A stretch of DNA of 63,216 nt, counting the filler, from Chrysochromulina tobinii (lineage: Eukaryota): the NCBI GenBank assembly GCA_001275005.1. It is 8 parts of 8 records of this genome, joined end to end, with 100 filler letters (N's around TTAATTAATTAA, not from the genome) between each part and the next. Parts side by side here need not be neighbours in the genome. Positions count along the whole stretch, not along the records: positions 31,668 to 35,514 come from JWZX01000205.1; positions 35,615 to 48,508 come from JWZX01000206.1; 6 more parts are not named here. One strand, given 5' to 3'. Numbering within the stretch: position 1 is the first letter of the stretch; each line of letters opens with the position of its first letter. Of the stretch, positions 33,547-44,928 are shown in pieces. The notes under the pieces were generated by a model. That model did not search any database and was not told the origin of the DNA. It worked only from the letters and a program-made list of their open reading frames with translations. The position numbers were made by a program, and so were the translations under genes.

Positions 33547-33737
33547 CTTCGCGACGAGGGAACGCGATGTGTGAACAAGGATCGAGAACAGGAGCGTGAA
33601 AATTCCGAAAATTACCCTCAACAGGGAGCTTAGGAGCGGTTCGGAGGCTTTTTCCCTCACCGGACTGATGCCGAAAGCGGAAGTTTGGCCGAGAAAGGTT
33701 GCTTTAATTAAGGGGGTAGGTCAGTCGTCGGGGAGCG

Positions 33738-35514
33738 ATGTTCACGGTCCGGCGCTGGTTGTCGGCGGCGGCGGCGGGCGGCGGCAGCGCAGCGGCGCGC
33801 GGCGGCAGCGCAGCGGCGCGTGGCGGCAGCGGAGCGGTGCGCGGCGGCAGGGTGCCGCGCATCGGTGAGCTGCGCACGGCGCGCGACGTGCTGCAGGCCC
33901 ACGAGCGCCACGCACTCCAGATGCGCCCGGTGGACGTCAGCATCTGCTGGAGCACTCTAGGCAAGCTGGTACGCCAAAGCCGCGAGGAGTGTGAGTGGAT
34001 GAAAGCAGAGCTGCGTCGGAGCAAAGCGCTCGCGCCGTTGCTCGACTCCATGCTGCAGAAGCTGCCTCTCTTCGAGCCTCGGTCGGTCGCGACCGCAGTG
34101 TACGGGCTTGCGAGTGTGATGAGCGCCACCAGATTCGCACCAGACAAGCGCGTCTGGAAGGCGCTGGCGGAAACGAGCGCGGACGTCGCAACAAAATTCA
34201 ATCCGCAGGAACTGTCGAACACGGCGAATGCGTTCGTAAAGGCAAAGCATCCGTCACCGGCGCTGCTCGATGCGATCGCGGCGGAGGCGGCGCCGCGCGT
34301 GCGCGACTTCAATGAGCAGAACCTTGCGAACACGGCGTGGGCGTACGCGACGGCGCAGCACGCGGCGCCGGCGCTGCTCGATGCGATCGCGTCGGAGGCG
34401 GGGCCGCGCGTGCGCGACTTCAAGCCGCAGGACTTTGCGAACACGGCGTGGGCGTACGCGACGGCGCAGCACGCGGCGCCGGCGCTGCTCGATGCGATCG
34501 CGGCGGAGGCGGCGCCGCGCGTGCGCGACTTCAATGCGCAAGAGCTTGCGAACACGGCGTGGGCATATGCGACGGCGCAGCACGCGGCGCCGGCGCTGCT
34601 CGATGCGATCGCGGCGGAGGCGGCGCCGCGCGTGCGCGACTTCAATGCGCAGGGGCTTGCGAACACGGCGTGGGCATATGCGACGGCGCAGCACGCGGCG
34701 CCGGCGCTGCTCGATGCGATCGCGTCGGAGGCGGCGCCGCGCGTGCGCGACTTCAATGCGCAGGACTTTGCGAACACGGCGTGGGCGTACGCGACGGCGC
34801 AGCACGCGGCGCCGGCGCTGCTCGATGCGATCGCGGCGGAGGCGGCGCCGCGCGTGCGCAACTTCAATGCGCAGAACCTTGCGAACACGGCGTGGGCGTA
34901 CGCGACGGCGCAGCACGCGGCGCCGGCGCTGCTCGATGCGATCGCGGCGGAGGCGGCACCGCGCGTGCGCGACTTCACGCCGCAGGGCCTTGCGAACACG
35001 GCGTGGGCGTACGCGACGGCGCAGCACGCGGCGCCGGCGCTGCTCGACGCGATCGCGGCGGAGGCGGCACCGCGCGTGCGCAACTTCACGCCGCAGGGCC
35101 TTGCGAACACGACGTGGGCGTACGCGACGGCGCAGCACGCGGCGCCGGCGCTGCTCGACGCGATCGCGGCGGAGGCGGCGGCGCGCGTGCGCGACTTCAA
35201 GCCGCAGGAGCTTGGGAGCACGGCGTGGGCGTACGCGGCCGCCGATCACAGCTCATGTGAGCTGCTTTTTGGCAGCTCAGCCTTTGTAGCCCATTGCGAA
35301 GCAACGCAAGCTGCCTTCCCGCCAGAGGCCTTGTGCCAGCTGCACCAGTGGCAGCTTTGGGTGGAGGAGCGCAGCGCCCCGTGGCCGCGGCTACCTTTAC
35401 CGCTCGCTGAGCGATGCCATGCGGCTTTTGTGGCCGAAGAAGGTCGACCCTCCCGCCTGCAGCGGCAGGTGGTCGCGGCGCTCAAGGCGCTCGGCCACGA
35501 GCCCCGTGAGGAGG
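33738..35514 (+). CDS. 37-aa helical-repeat (HPR/FASTK/RAP-type) organellar RNA-binding protein, 3'-truncated
   Basis: Ten 111-bp repeats from 34197 (FxxQxLANTAWAYAT...ALLDAIAAEAAPRVRD). LCQLHQWQLW and PSRLQRQV..AL typically precede a RAP domain. The N-terminus MFTVRRWLS resembles a mitochondrial presequence. Confidence 0.85.
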
Positions 35515-35614
35515 NNNNNNNNNNNNNNNNNNNNNNNNNNNNNNNNNNNNNNNNNNNNTTAATTAATTAANNNNNNNNNNNNNNNNNNNNNNNNNNNNNN
35601 NNNNNNNNNNNNNN
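35515..35614. other. Artificial contig linker
   Basis: N-run + ttaattaattaa + N-run. Confidence 0.99.
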
Positions 35615-36260
35615 CGAGGGCGGCGGCGGCGAGGGCGAGGGCGGCGGCGGCGAGGGTGGCGAGGGCGGCGGAGGTGATGGCGAGGGTGGCGGCTGTGACG
35701 GGGGCAGTCGCGGAGGAGGTGACGGCAGAGTGTACGTGCCGATCGGGAAGCGTGTCGCACACGCCGTATTGTTCGTGCAGCTCGCGAGCGCCAGATTGCC
35801 CGAGTATCGGAAACTACCCAGCTGCCAAATCGCCGAAGGTCTAGTGCCTGAGACACGGTACGCCCAGCCGTCGGTGTAGTGCCAGGGCTGCACCGCGCTC
35901 GCATTGTTCGGCTCACCTAGCCGGTCGACCACCACTCCGTTATGATAGAGCTCAAGGGCGTCGTTGCCATCCACATTGAGTACGCTGCTGGTGCCGAGGA
36001 GGTTGGGGGCTCCCGCGCCAAACCAGTTGGCGAAGTTCGTCGTCGCGCTCGCGATGTAGAGATAGGTGCTCGCGCCCACCGCGCCGAAGGGCAGGCTGTA
36101 TGCAAGGCCACCCGAGCCAAGCCCATTCGTAGAGCGGCCCAGGCCGTACGCGCTCAAGTCGAGGATCTCACAGAGCGTGTACAGCTCGAGCGCCTTGGGC
36201 GTCCCACCAGGCAACGGTCCGTCGATGATACCGGTCAGGAGGAGACACATCTGCATTGAG

Positions 36261-36291
<31 letters not shown>

Positions 36292-37102
36292 AGGGCGGCG
36301 AGGGCGGCGCGTTGATGCACACGCCCGCGAAGATGCAGCTCACCCACTCCGGACGGTCGACGAACGGGTTGCGGTTGTGCTGGTACGTGGTGCAGATGCG
36401 CGCATTGCGAGCTGATTCTTTGGGGCTCACGGGGTCGAGTTCGTTCCATCGCAGCAGCGCACTCAAATTGCCCATCAAGCCCGCCGTCACGTTGGGCTGC
36501 GAGCTCAGCTCGAGGTCGACCGTGTTTGGGTCCCAGTTCGTGTTGCCGTCGTACCGCACGGCCATGTAGAACATGCTACGCGCGAGGTCACCCCGCTGGC
36601 TCTCTGGCGGCTGGAAGCGGTCGGAGTCTTTGGCGGTCGAGGGCGCCGCCTCCACGTGCGCCGGCTGTTGGCACCCGTTGTACGGGCTGCAATAGTCAAA
36701 GAAGAGGTTGTTGCGTGCGCTGTTCACATTCCAATCGGCAGGGTACAGGTGGTGCAGATCAGAGAAGTCAGGCCCAGTGTAGCCAACACCGTACGACTTT
36801 GGCCAGGAGTGCTCGCGATTCCAGCCCTTCGAATCACGGCTTGACACCGAGAGTGTGTGGTCCGAGTAGATGAGCGAAACATTACCCGGGGCGAGTGGCG
36901 CCGCGTCGTGCAGGTCACCCAGCGCGTTCCACGCATCATCATAGGAGACGATGGTGTGATTTGCGATGCGTGCGCGGAGCGCCGACTTCAGGCCCGCGGG
37001 ACCCAGCGTGATGTGGTCGATGCCCGTGTAATAGGCGGTCGGGTTGGCACAGGCCCACGAAGACATCCCGTCCCCCTCGTTGTCGGAAGGTGGCACAACC
37101 AA
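35615..37102 (-). CDS. Endonuclease I (Bsn/EndA-type His-Me finger) + Pro-rich linker + lamin-tail-like domain, 3'-truncated
   Basis: WNREHSWPKS, DLHHLYPAD..VNSARNN, RGDLARSMFYMAVRY and QHNRNPFVD; second domain DGPLPGGTPKALELY...DGNDALEL. Start uncertain. Confidence 0.88.
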
Positions 37103-37205
37103 CCTGGGTCACCCTCTCCGTTCGTGGACGCGCCGACGGCCGAATCAACTTCTGGAACGCGATTCCCAAATCCAGTGAGTTTCTTTCACGTCGCTCGACT
37201 TTCAC

Positions 37206-37565
37206 GTGCTCACACTCCAAATGCTATTTGTAAGCCAGACCTTCGCGGGTGTTTCACAGCCAAAAGATCTTCCCTCGTCCCAACGCTGCGCCCGCCACAT
37301 GCCCGCAGACTCCACGAGCGACTCGTGGTACTCGGGCGGCGCTTCGTCATTCTTCGGCGTGGATCTCAACGGCGATGGCGAGGACGACGGCATGCTGCGT
37401 GTGGCGGTCATCACAGTGAGGGAGTATCTGGACTCATTAACTGAGGATGAACGCACTCGCATCATGGGCCTGTTTGTGGTCAGCTTTATCGGTCTGCTTG
37501 CTTGCGTTGCTGCGCGAATATTCAAACGCTGCTGCTGTCCTCATGCGGACAAGCTCTTGTTGTGA
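37206..37565 (+). CDS. Small hypothetical single-pass membrane protein
   Basis: 119-aa ORF with DLNGDGEDD and a hydrophobic helix followed by KRCCC. Confidence 0.4.
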   Translation: MLTLQMLFVSQTFAGVSQPKDLPSSQRCARHMPADSTSDSWYSGGASSFFGVDLNGDGEDDGMLRVAVITVREYLDSLTEDERTRIMGLFVVSFIGLLACVAARIFKRCCCPHADKLLL

Positions 37566-38269
37566 TCTGGTGCACCTGGACCTCACCTTGCGAAATCTCC
37601 ATTCTGCTGGTCGCTCACTCTCGCCAAATGTTGGTGCTGCATTGAACGGCGACGCCTAGTCATTTCAAAGTTGCCATCACGTTCGAGTCATTGCTGGCGA
37701 AGTTGCACGGTATGCCCGGGTGCTCTGCGCGATACTCTGTGCATCAGCAGAGCGAGGACGGCGACATCGCCGCTGTCCACCCTTGGCGAAATCGCCGCTG
37801 TCCACCCTTGTCCCGCTTGCAGCGAGGAGTTGGACACCGGACAGCGGTGTCAGTCTCAGAGCACTCCTCGTCGCGAACGGCCGGCGCGGGTTGGAGCCTT
37901 TCGCGCTCGCTTCTTGCGAGCGCCGCCAGCACCACTCGCTCGGCGCTCGTTCGCGCGCCTAGCATCAGCAGCTGCTTTGAGGACCTCCACGTGTGTACAG
38001 GCAGCGTACAGCCGTAGGCCGTACACATCTCTGACTTGGCAACCGAACATATACTGAAGCATATGCACGTCTGATTGTTTCCGAGTTTTAGCTTCTAATT
38101 TGTACCCATAGGGAGTTCATTCACAAATCAAACGCTACAATTCATCAAACGCTACCATTCAGAGGGATGGGCGGTGATAATTTGCCGGCGCCGGTAGAGC
38201 GGCAGCGCCTGCGGCGTGGAGGGATCGTGGCGAGACTCGAGGGAGGTACAGCTGAAGGTAGCTCCGGTC

Positions 38270-39484
38270 TCACAGCCGTCCTAGCTCGTGAACATCAGTC
38301 GAGACGATTCCATTGTTGGCTCCGATGCGCACAAGCTCGTCATACAGCCTCTCGTCGTAGCCCACGGGGACGACAAGCTGCATGGTGAAGGTCGGATTCT
38401 CCCGCTCGTACCGCGTGCGGATCTGTTGAATGGTCGGGCCGCGCCCATGGTGAAGGTCCCATTCGCACATCAGGTTCTGTGTCGCCGTGTAGACGGGAGC
38501 GAGGTCGTTGTAGCGTATTTCCTGCGTTTGATCGTCATCCACGGTGTACATGCCCAAATAGAGGGCCTTCTTTGCCGCATCCTTGCCATGCCAGGCGCTG
38601 TGTGGCATCTTGAGCTTGTGATCGGTGCAATGGCGAAAGAGGTGGAAGTGGGTCTGCCCAGTCTTCTTGAGCTCCGAAGCAAGGTCCCAGAACATGTACA
38701 GCCCGCTGTCGCCCGCGAACGAGGGTGCCCATGGATTCCAGTCCGCTAGACCCCACAGGTAGAACTCGCCCTTGCGGATGAGCACGTGGCCGTCCGGTAA
38801 GATGTGATCCTCCTGTACGAGCCGGAAGTCGTCGGTACCGACCCCGCCCAAGACTTGAGTCAGGCAGCGGGGATGGCAGCCTGCGCGGAAGACGGCGCGC
38901 GGAAGGCCCTCTGGCGTTGTCTGGAGCTTTGCGCGAAGTGCTTCCTGGCTCAACGTCTGGGCATTCTTGGCCGTTGTGACGTCCCCAGAGTTTTGCACGT
39001 ACTCGAGCTTGACGCGGATCGGGTCGGGGAGTGATGGCGCCGACGCCTGCATCTCCTGACTGCGCTTCACCTTCGCTTCCGTCTTCGCCTCCGTCTTTGC
39101 CTCCGTCATTGCCTCCGTCGTCGCCTCTAGCTTTACCTCTCCCTTTACCACCTCCATTGTGACATCTGTCTTAGCGTCCACCCTCCCCTTCTTGCTGCTT
39201 GGCTCGGAAACTTTGCACATGAACTCTTCAAAGTCAAGGCCCTCCCGCTGGATGCACTTGCGAATCTGGTCAAGTGTTACGTAGGATGGATCTCTGTCAC
39301 CATCTGGATGCACCATGAGCATGGGCGGAGAACCCCGTTCCTCCTTGTGCGCGAGCACAGAGCACCAAGTTTGCGTCCCGTCCGTGCGTGGAGTCAGTAC
39401 ACACGAGTGTCCCGGAGGGAACATGTCGAGCGTAAGAGGCAACTCCACGGGCACGGCTCGCTTCGGCCGAGGCGTCGCCGACAT
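38270..39484 (-). CDS. Hypothetical protein
   Basis: 404-aa ATG-initiated ORF with EAKT repeats and a globular, aromatic-rich C-terminal half. Confidence 0.6.
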   Translation of the reverse strand: MSATPRPKRAVPVELPLTLDMFPPGHSCVLTPRTDGTQTWCSVLAHKEERGSPPMLMVHPDGDRDPSYVTLDQIRKCIQREGLDFEEFMCKVSEPSSKKGRVDAKTDVTMEVVKGEVKLEATTEAMTEAKTEAKTEAKVKRSQEMQASAPSLPDPIRVKLEYVQNSGDVTTAKNAQTLSQEALRAKLQTTPEGLPRAVFRAGCHPRCLTQVLGGVGTDDFRLVQEDHILPDGHVLIRKGEFYLWGLADWNPWAPSFAGDSGLYMFWDLASELKKTGQTHFHLFRHCTDHKLKMPHSAWHGKDAAKKALYLGMYTVDDDQTQEIRYNDLAPVYTATQNLMCEWDLHHGRGPTIQQIRTRYERENPTFTMQLVVPVGYDERLYDELVRIGANNGIVSTDVHELGRL

Positions 39485-39723
39485 GTTTTGTAGCGCCTAT
39501 GTGGCGCGTCGGCGTCTGGCGGAGTGCAGGAGCGAGCTCGTGAGCGCTCGTGCGACGCTCTCGAGGACTTGGCTTGTGGGGAATCCTCCTCTGAAGCTTG
39601 AGCTTCTGTGAATGTGACAATTCGACGATCGGTGAGGACCGGCTGTATGCTTCGATTGAGCAGACCGGTGTTAATTGGCGCATCTCGCTGAGCGACGGTG
39701 TCAACAAGGGGTGTCAATAGGCG

Positions 39724-39822
39724 CACTCACTCACTCACTCACTCACTCACTCACTCTGTCTCTGGGTCGTCACCCCTCTGTCTCTCAGTATTCATATCTC
39801 TCTGTCACTCACTCACTCACTC
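39724..39822. repeat. (CACT)n microsatellite in a divergent intergenic region
   Basis: cact units at 39724-39755 and ~39806-39822. Confidence 0.9.
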
Positions 39823-39951
39823 ACAAACTCTGAGCGAGCGGTGGCCGTCCCAAATGGCAAAACGACGCCTGTGAAGCGACGACGCCTGTGAAGAAAAAAC
39901 AGGGCGGTGCACATCATTATTGTCGCGCTGCCTGCCGTACATTGAGAGAAC

Positions 39952-40941
39952 ATGGCCGACGAGGCGGCCATGGTGGCACTAGAGAAGCAGGCGATAGTGG
40001 ACGTGGCGGCATCGCCCAACGAAGCCGCCACGGCCGAGATGGCGTACATGGCGGCGACGACCGCAGCCATCGAGGTGGCAGCCACGGCTGCGGCGACCGT
40101 AGAATCGACCTTGGTGGCGATGGCCACGGCCAACGGGGACGCGATGCACCCGATGACAATCGTCGCCGAAATTGCCGGCGGCGAGGACGGCGAGGAGGAA
40201 GGCGAGGACGGCGCCGGCCAAAAGCGTCGGCGCAATCGTCAGAGCTTCAGCCGAGGCCAGGTTCAGATGCTCGAGCACATCTTCACCACTACTCCCATGC
40301 CACGGCAAGCCCTGCTCAACGAGCTCTCGCAGCGGCTAGACATCCCGACGCGCTCGGTGCGCGTATGGTTCCAGAATCGGCGCCAGCGCGTCAAGGCGAT
40401 GCACCAGCAGCAGGGCATGGCGCCGCCCGTGCTCCGCAACGCCGAGGATCGACTCACGTCGCTAGAGAAGCTGCTGCCCGATCTGACGCCCCCGGGGATG
40501 TTGAGCGCCATGGTGGGCATCCCGCAGCACTTTGCGTATGGGGGCGCCGTAATGGGCGCGGCAGGGCCCCACACGGGAGCGCCGTCAGGCTCCATGGCGG
40601 GCTCCATGGCGGGCGCCGTGCCGGCCGCCGGCGCCTATCGGGCAGTGAGGCTGGTCGGAGTCCACGGGAAGCAGCCGGTCTTCCGCATGGAAGAGCTCTC
40701 GCAGGTGCCCAACCTGATGCGCAGCATCGCGACGGGCAACCTGCTCAAGGCGCTGCCCGGCGGCGCCTATGCGGAGTACGCTCCACTCCTTGTCCCTGCC
40801 GCCAGCGAGGCGCCCGCCTCTCGCGAGGCAGCGGCTCATGAGGAGACTGCGGACGTGCTGCTGCTGCCGGAAGGCGTCCAGGACGACGCGGCGAGGCCCT
40901 ATCGCGAAGCGGCTGAGGCGCAGGCGTCGCCCGAACCCTAA
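39952..40941 (+). CDS. Homeodomain transcription factor
   Basis: KRRRNRQSFSRGQVQMLEHIF...VRVWFQNRRQR. A cctaac...ccag acceptor at 40947 suggests a spliced C-terminal extension. Confidence 0.9.
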   Translation: MADEAAMVALEKQAIVDVAASPNEAATAEMAYMAATTAAIEVAATAAATVESTLVAMATANGDAMHPMTIVAEIAGGEDGEEEGEDGAGQKRRRNRQSFSRGQVQMLEHIFTTTPMPRQALLNELSQRLDIPTRSVRVWFQNRRQRVKAMHQQQGMAPPVLRNAEDRLTSLEKLLPDLTPPGMLSAMVGIPQHFAYGGAVMGAAGPHTGAPSGSMAGSMAGAVPAAGAYRAVRLVGVHGKQPVFRMEELSQVPNLMRSIATGNLLKALPGGAYAEYAPLLVPAASEAPASREAAAHEETADVLLLPEGVQDDAARPYREAAEAQASPEP

Positions 40942-41562
40942 CTCCAGGTGCCCACCACGACGCGTGCCCCGGTCCTTCGGAAGGCGGCTGAGGCGCAGGG
41001 CTACGCTGGTGTCGCCGCGCCGCCCGCGCATTTGAGTGCTGCGCGCGCGCCGCCAGCGCCCGCCGTGGCGCCCACTATCGACCGATGTGCCCACCATGGC
41101 GCCCACCATGCCTGCCGCTCTCGTTGCCGCGCTCGGTGTCGTCGCGCGCGCGCCTACAGCGAGCGTTGCGCTTGGCGTGAATGCCGGCGGGGCTGAAAAG
41201 CTCGATCACCATATGTGTGTGCACATCTCTACAGACGAGAGTGCGTGCTCATTTCAACGCGGCGCGCGCGTGGGCGATGAAGCCAGCTGAAATTCGGCTG
41301 TAGTGAGGCACGCGCGGGACGCGGTTGCCCTTTTGATGTGCGCGATTTCACGTGATGCGCAGTAATTGATCACGTGATACTATACTCTTACCGTTACGCC
41401 ATGCCCCCACACGACCCCTACCGCCCAATCCGACTCGACAGCTCACTCGTCTGACACAATTTTGGTGGTTTAACCTCCCATGGTTAAGCCTACTAATAAC
41501 TGCCCATGGTTCCGTCGACGACGCAAACGCGGGGCGATCCGGGTGCGCTCACGCCTGTGCGT

Positions 41563-42757
41563 TCAAACGACCTTCTGGCGCTTCGCATCGGCGCTGGCGG
41601 GCGGGTGCCATGTCCACGGCGCCCCGTCCGCCCAGCACTGCTTGATCGCGGGCACGAGCATATCCGCGAGCGTGAGGGCGTCGATGGCCCCCTCGAGTCC
41701 GACGACGCCGTCCGGGATGCCAGCCTTGCCGGAGCCGATGTGCGAGAGGAAGGTGTTCTTGAGCCTCTCGTAGTCGGGCGCCTGCTGCAGAAAGTAGGGC
41801 CTGATGAGCGGGTCCGCCTTCTGAGCCTTCATGATCCAAGCCTCATGCTCTGGGCTGGGTAGACGAAACTCTGACGTCGCGCGGCCAGAGCTCGCGTCCG
41901 TGAGGACGATCTTCGAAAAGTTGCCTCCGCACCGATCGGCGCTGAACGTGAGCTCGTCCACGCGTACGCTGCCCGGCGGCGGCGGCGGCGCGTCCGCCGG
42001 CATCTCCGCCAGCTTGAGCGTGAAAGTCACACGGCTCCAGTCACTTCGGCCATCCCCGAGGTCGATGAGCTCGGAGGCGTTCGGATCGAGCACGATGGAG
42101 GTGACGCGGTCGGCCGAGACGCCGAATAAGGTGCACGCGAGGGCGAGCTCGTGGCAGCACATGTTGTGCAGCATGCCCTCGCCGCCCGGGCCGCGCAGGA
42201 AGGCGAGCAGCGGCTCTCCCGGCACGAACTCATTGCAGTGCAGGAGAGTGACGCGCGGCAGCGGCGCGCCGTCACCGACGGCAAGGAGCGCGGCGAGAGC
42301 GTCGCGCGTGTACGCGGCGACGTTCTTGTTGTAGCCCACGACCACCGACACGTTGCGCGCGTCCGCGGCGGCCTTCATCTCGCGTAGCTGCGCGGCACTT
42401 TCGCCAGCTGGCTTCTCGATGTAGATGTGCGTCGCACCTGCCTCGAGCGCCTCCATGAAGAGGCGCTTGGCGTCGCATGTGCGGCCGGCGATCAGGAAGA
42501 GGCGCGGCGCGCCCGCGTCGCCCGTGGCCGCGGGCACCTCGCCGATCGAGGCGCAGAACACGACCTCTGGATTAGCCTTGACCAGCTCGTCAAAGCTTTC
42601 CGAGCCGGACTTGCCGTGGCCCGGCCCCATGAAGTAGGGCTCGACGACGGCGCTCACGGTGACCGCCTCGTGCTCGAGCAGCTGGGTCAAGTGGAACCAG
42701 CCCATCGAGACCTTGGGACGCGCCGCAGCACACGACGACGACGTCTGTCTTGGCCAT
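41563..42757 (-). CDS. Gfo/Idh/MocA-family oxidoreductase with an apparent frameshift near 42720
   Basis: MAKTDVVVVCCG / PKVSMGWFH (two frames), HIYIEKP, VGYNK and NMCCHELAL. Confidence 0.78.
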
Positions 42758-42966
42758 TTGCAGTTCCCGAAAACTCCTTTTCGGCGACGAGCGGCAAAGG
42801 CGGGTTGTGAACGTAGGGAGTCCCGCACCTGCCATTAACGCCCGACACGGCGCCGCGAGGCTCGTCAGGGCCATATCTACATGTATGCGCGTGATGCTGC
42901 GCCATGTCAATCTGGAACATGTACCCACTTACCCCGACTTTCCCTCCCTATTCGCTATTGCCCTAT

Positions 42967-44196
42967 TCAGTGCGCGGAGCGCACCTCTGACCTCAAGTAA
43001 GAGTCGTCCCACTCCAGTGGCGCCTGCTCCGAGCACATCGCCGAACAAGAGTCGGTGGAGTTCGCCTTGCAGCCGCAGTGCGGATCACGGATGTGCAGCT
43101 TTGCCATCTGAGCGGCGGAGGCGCGCACGCACAGCTGGCTCGTGGCGGCTGGCGTGCTGTACTTGCCGCAGGCGGCATCGGCGATGGCGGCGGACACTAC
43201 TGACGGGATCACTGACGAACCTGGAGACTCAATCACGGAAGGAAAGATTGCTATGCCTATGGGCTGAGCCGCGGCTGAGCCGGCTATGGACTGGGCGGCG
43301 GCTGACAACGGACTCGGATTCGGATCGGCTCCGCTTCCCCGACGTGTGAACTGGTACTCTGTGAACGGATCGGCTCCGCTTCCCCGACGAGAAGGCGCAA
43401 AGATCCAGTTCATGAGCCCGGTCGTATTCGAAGGCAGCAGCCAGCACGCGACGCTGTGAATGCTCGCCCCTGAGAATCGTGTGAACTGGTACTCTGTGAA
43501 CCGCAGCCGACCGCCATCCGCTTCACGGGCTAGCACCGTCTGCAAGCCCTGGGCACCAATGGAGAGGGACACGCGACGCTTCGGAGCGGGCAGCGACGCC
43601 ACGGCACCGGCGAACATGTTGCGGCTCGCCGCCACGTTGACAATCGGATCGGTGCGCGCATGGAAGGCCCAGATCTTCATGGAAGGCCCAAACCGCCCGG
43701 CTTGAGAAGGGTCACCACCGCCGCACATGGGCAGCGCGACGTCGACGAGGCGTGGGTGGCGCGAGATGAGATCCCACGTGGCGTACCCGCCCATGGATGC
43801 TCCGCCAACGATCAGTAGACCGCGTCGTGCCGATGGCAAGGCAGTGCCCCGCACGTGTTCTATCAACTGCACCAGCTGCTTCATCAGAGGCGTCACCGGC
43901 TCATCAAAGCGCCGCACCACGCCTGGGTGGTTGCGATAGTAGCCAAGCCAATTCACGCCAGCCGGCGCGATCGGGTGCAGGACGTAACAATTGTCGAGCG
44001 CTGCAAACGTGTGAGCCATGAGATCAAGTCGCTGCTTCGCTGGGCCGCTGCTGAAGATGCCGCCGTGCAACCAGGTGACGAGATGCACACTATCAAGCGC
44101 ACGACTGGGAGTGTAGAGGTAGTACGGCAAAGTCGACAGCGTCGTCCCGATCGCAGCATCGTGGTGCGTCAGGTTGCTCCATGGCATCGGCCCCAC
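42967..44196 (-). CDS. Alpha/beta-hydrolase (phospholipase/carboxylesterase-like)
   Basis: WLHGG, GASMGG nucleophile elbow, PMCGGGD and IWAFHARTDPIV; Cys-rich tail. Confidence 0.8.
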   Translation of the reverse strand: MGPMPWSNLTHHDAAIGTTLSTLPYYLYTPSRALDSVHLVTWLHGGIFSSGPAKQRLDLMAHTFAALDNCYVLHPIAPAGVNWLGYYRNHPGVVRRFDEPVTPLMKQLVQLIEHVRGTALPSARRGLLIVGGASMGGYATWDLISRHPRLVDVALPMCGGGDPSQAGRFGPSMKIWAFHARTDPIVNVAASRNMFAGAVASLPAPKRRVSLSIGAQGLQTVLAREADGGRLRFTEYQFTRFSGASIHSVACWLLPSNTTGLMNWIFAPSRRGSGADPFTEYQFTRRGSGADPNPSPLSAAAQSIAGSAAAQPIGIAIFPSVIESPGSSVIPSVVSAAIADAACGKYSTPAATSQLCVRASAAQMAKLHIRDPHCGCKANSTDSCSAMCSEQAPLEWDDSYLRSEVRSAH

Positions 44197-44928
44197 AAGT
44201 AGGATTCACCAGAGGCGCGCGAGACGGGGCGTGAGAACTGGCGTGAGCGCGAGACGGGGGCGAGGTGCCCACGGAGGCGCGCGCGCGTCGCTGGGAGGCC
44301 ACTGGAGAGGAGAAATTTGTAATCCCATTTCGGAACATTTCTCACGCTCGCGCCCGCGACGGGCTGACGCGCAAAATCGGCGTCCTTCCCCCGACAAAAG
44401 CGCAAGGAGCGCTGTACACGCTCACGCGCTACTGCTACGCGCTCCCTCGCTCGCCGTGCTCAACGTGTGCGCCGGTCGGGTGCGATCGCTGCACGCGCAC
44501 ACCGCACCGCCCTCGCACACGGAATCCATCGAGTCCGCTCAGGTGCTTTCCTCCATGGTGCCCTGCTGGCATTCCGGGAGCACACGTGCGTCTCTCTCAT
44601 GAATGTGATTTTTTCCGCGTGCCTTTCCGCAGTCGCGCGCCGCCGCCGACCAGTACGCCTCCCTCCTCGCCACCCCCGCGTGCTTTTCACTGCCACGTGA
44701 CTGCCCAATCCTGAGGCCCCGAGCTGTGGGCTGCCTCTCTCGAGCGGAGGGCATGCGACTCCGTTCGCGATGAGCTTCGGAGCCACACGCCGCACGCGAT
44801 CCCCCTCCGGCATGCTGTGGGCTGTTGCATGCCTACGTCGAGACCCTTCAAGCGCCCTTCGAGCTTGCAGCCGCTCGTGGTCCCATATCTCCATGCTGCC
44901 GAATACACACACGTCTCTTGTTCGCAGG

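Noticed and set aside
33704..35289. Long antisense and alternate-frame ORFs over the 111-bp repeats
   Set aside because: Shadows of a GC-rich coding repeat.
40939..40947. Stop-codon readthrough in the homeobox gene
   Set aside because: The TAA lies within a cctaac branch point followed by ccag, so an intron is the simpler explanation.
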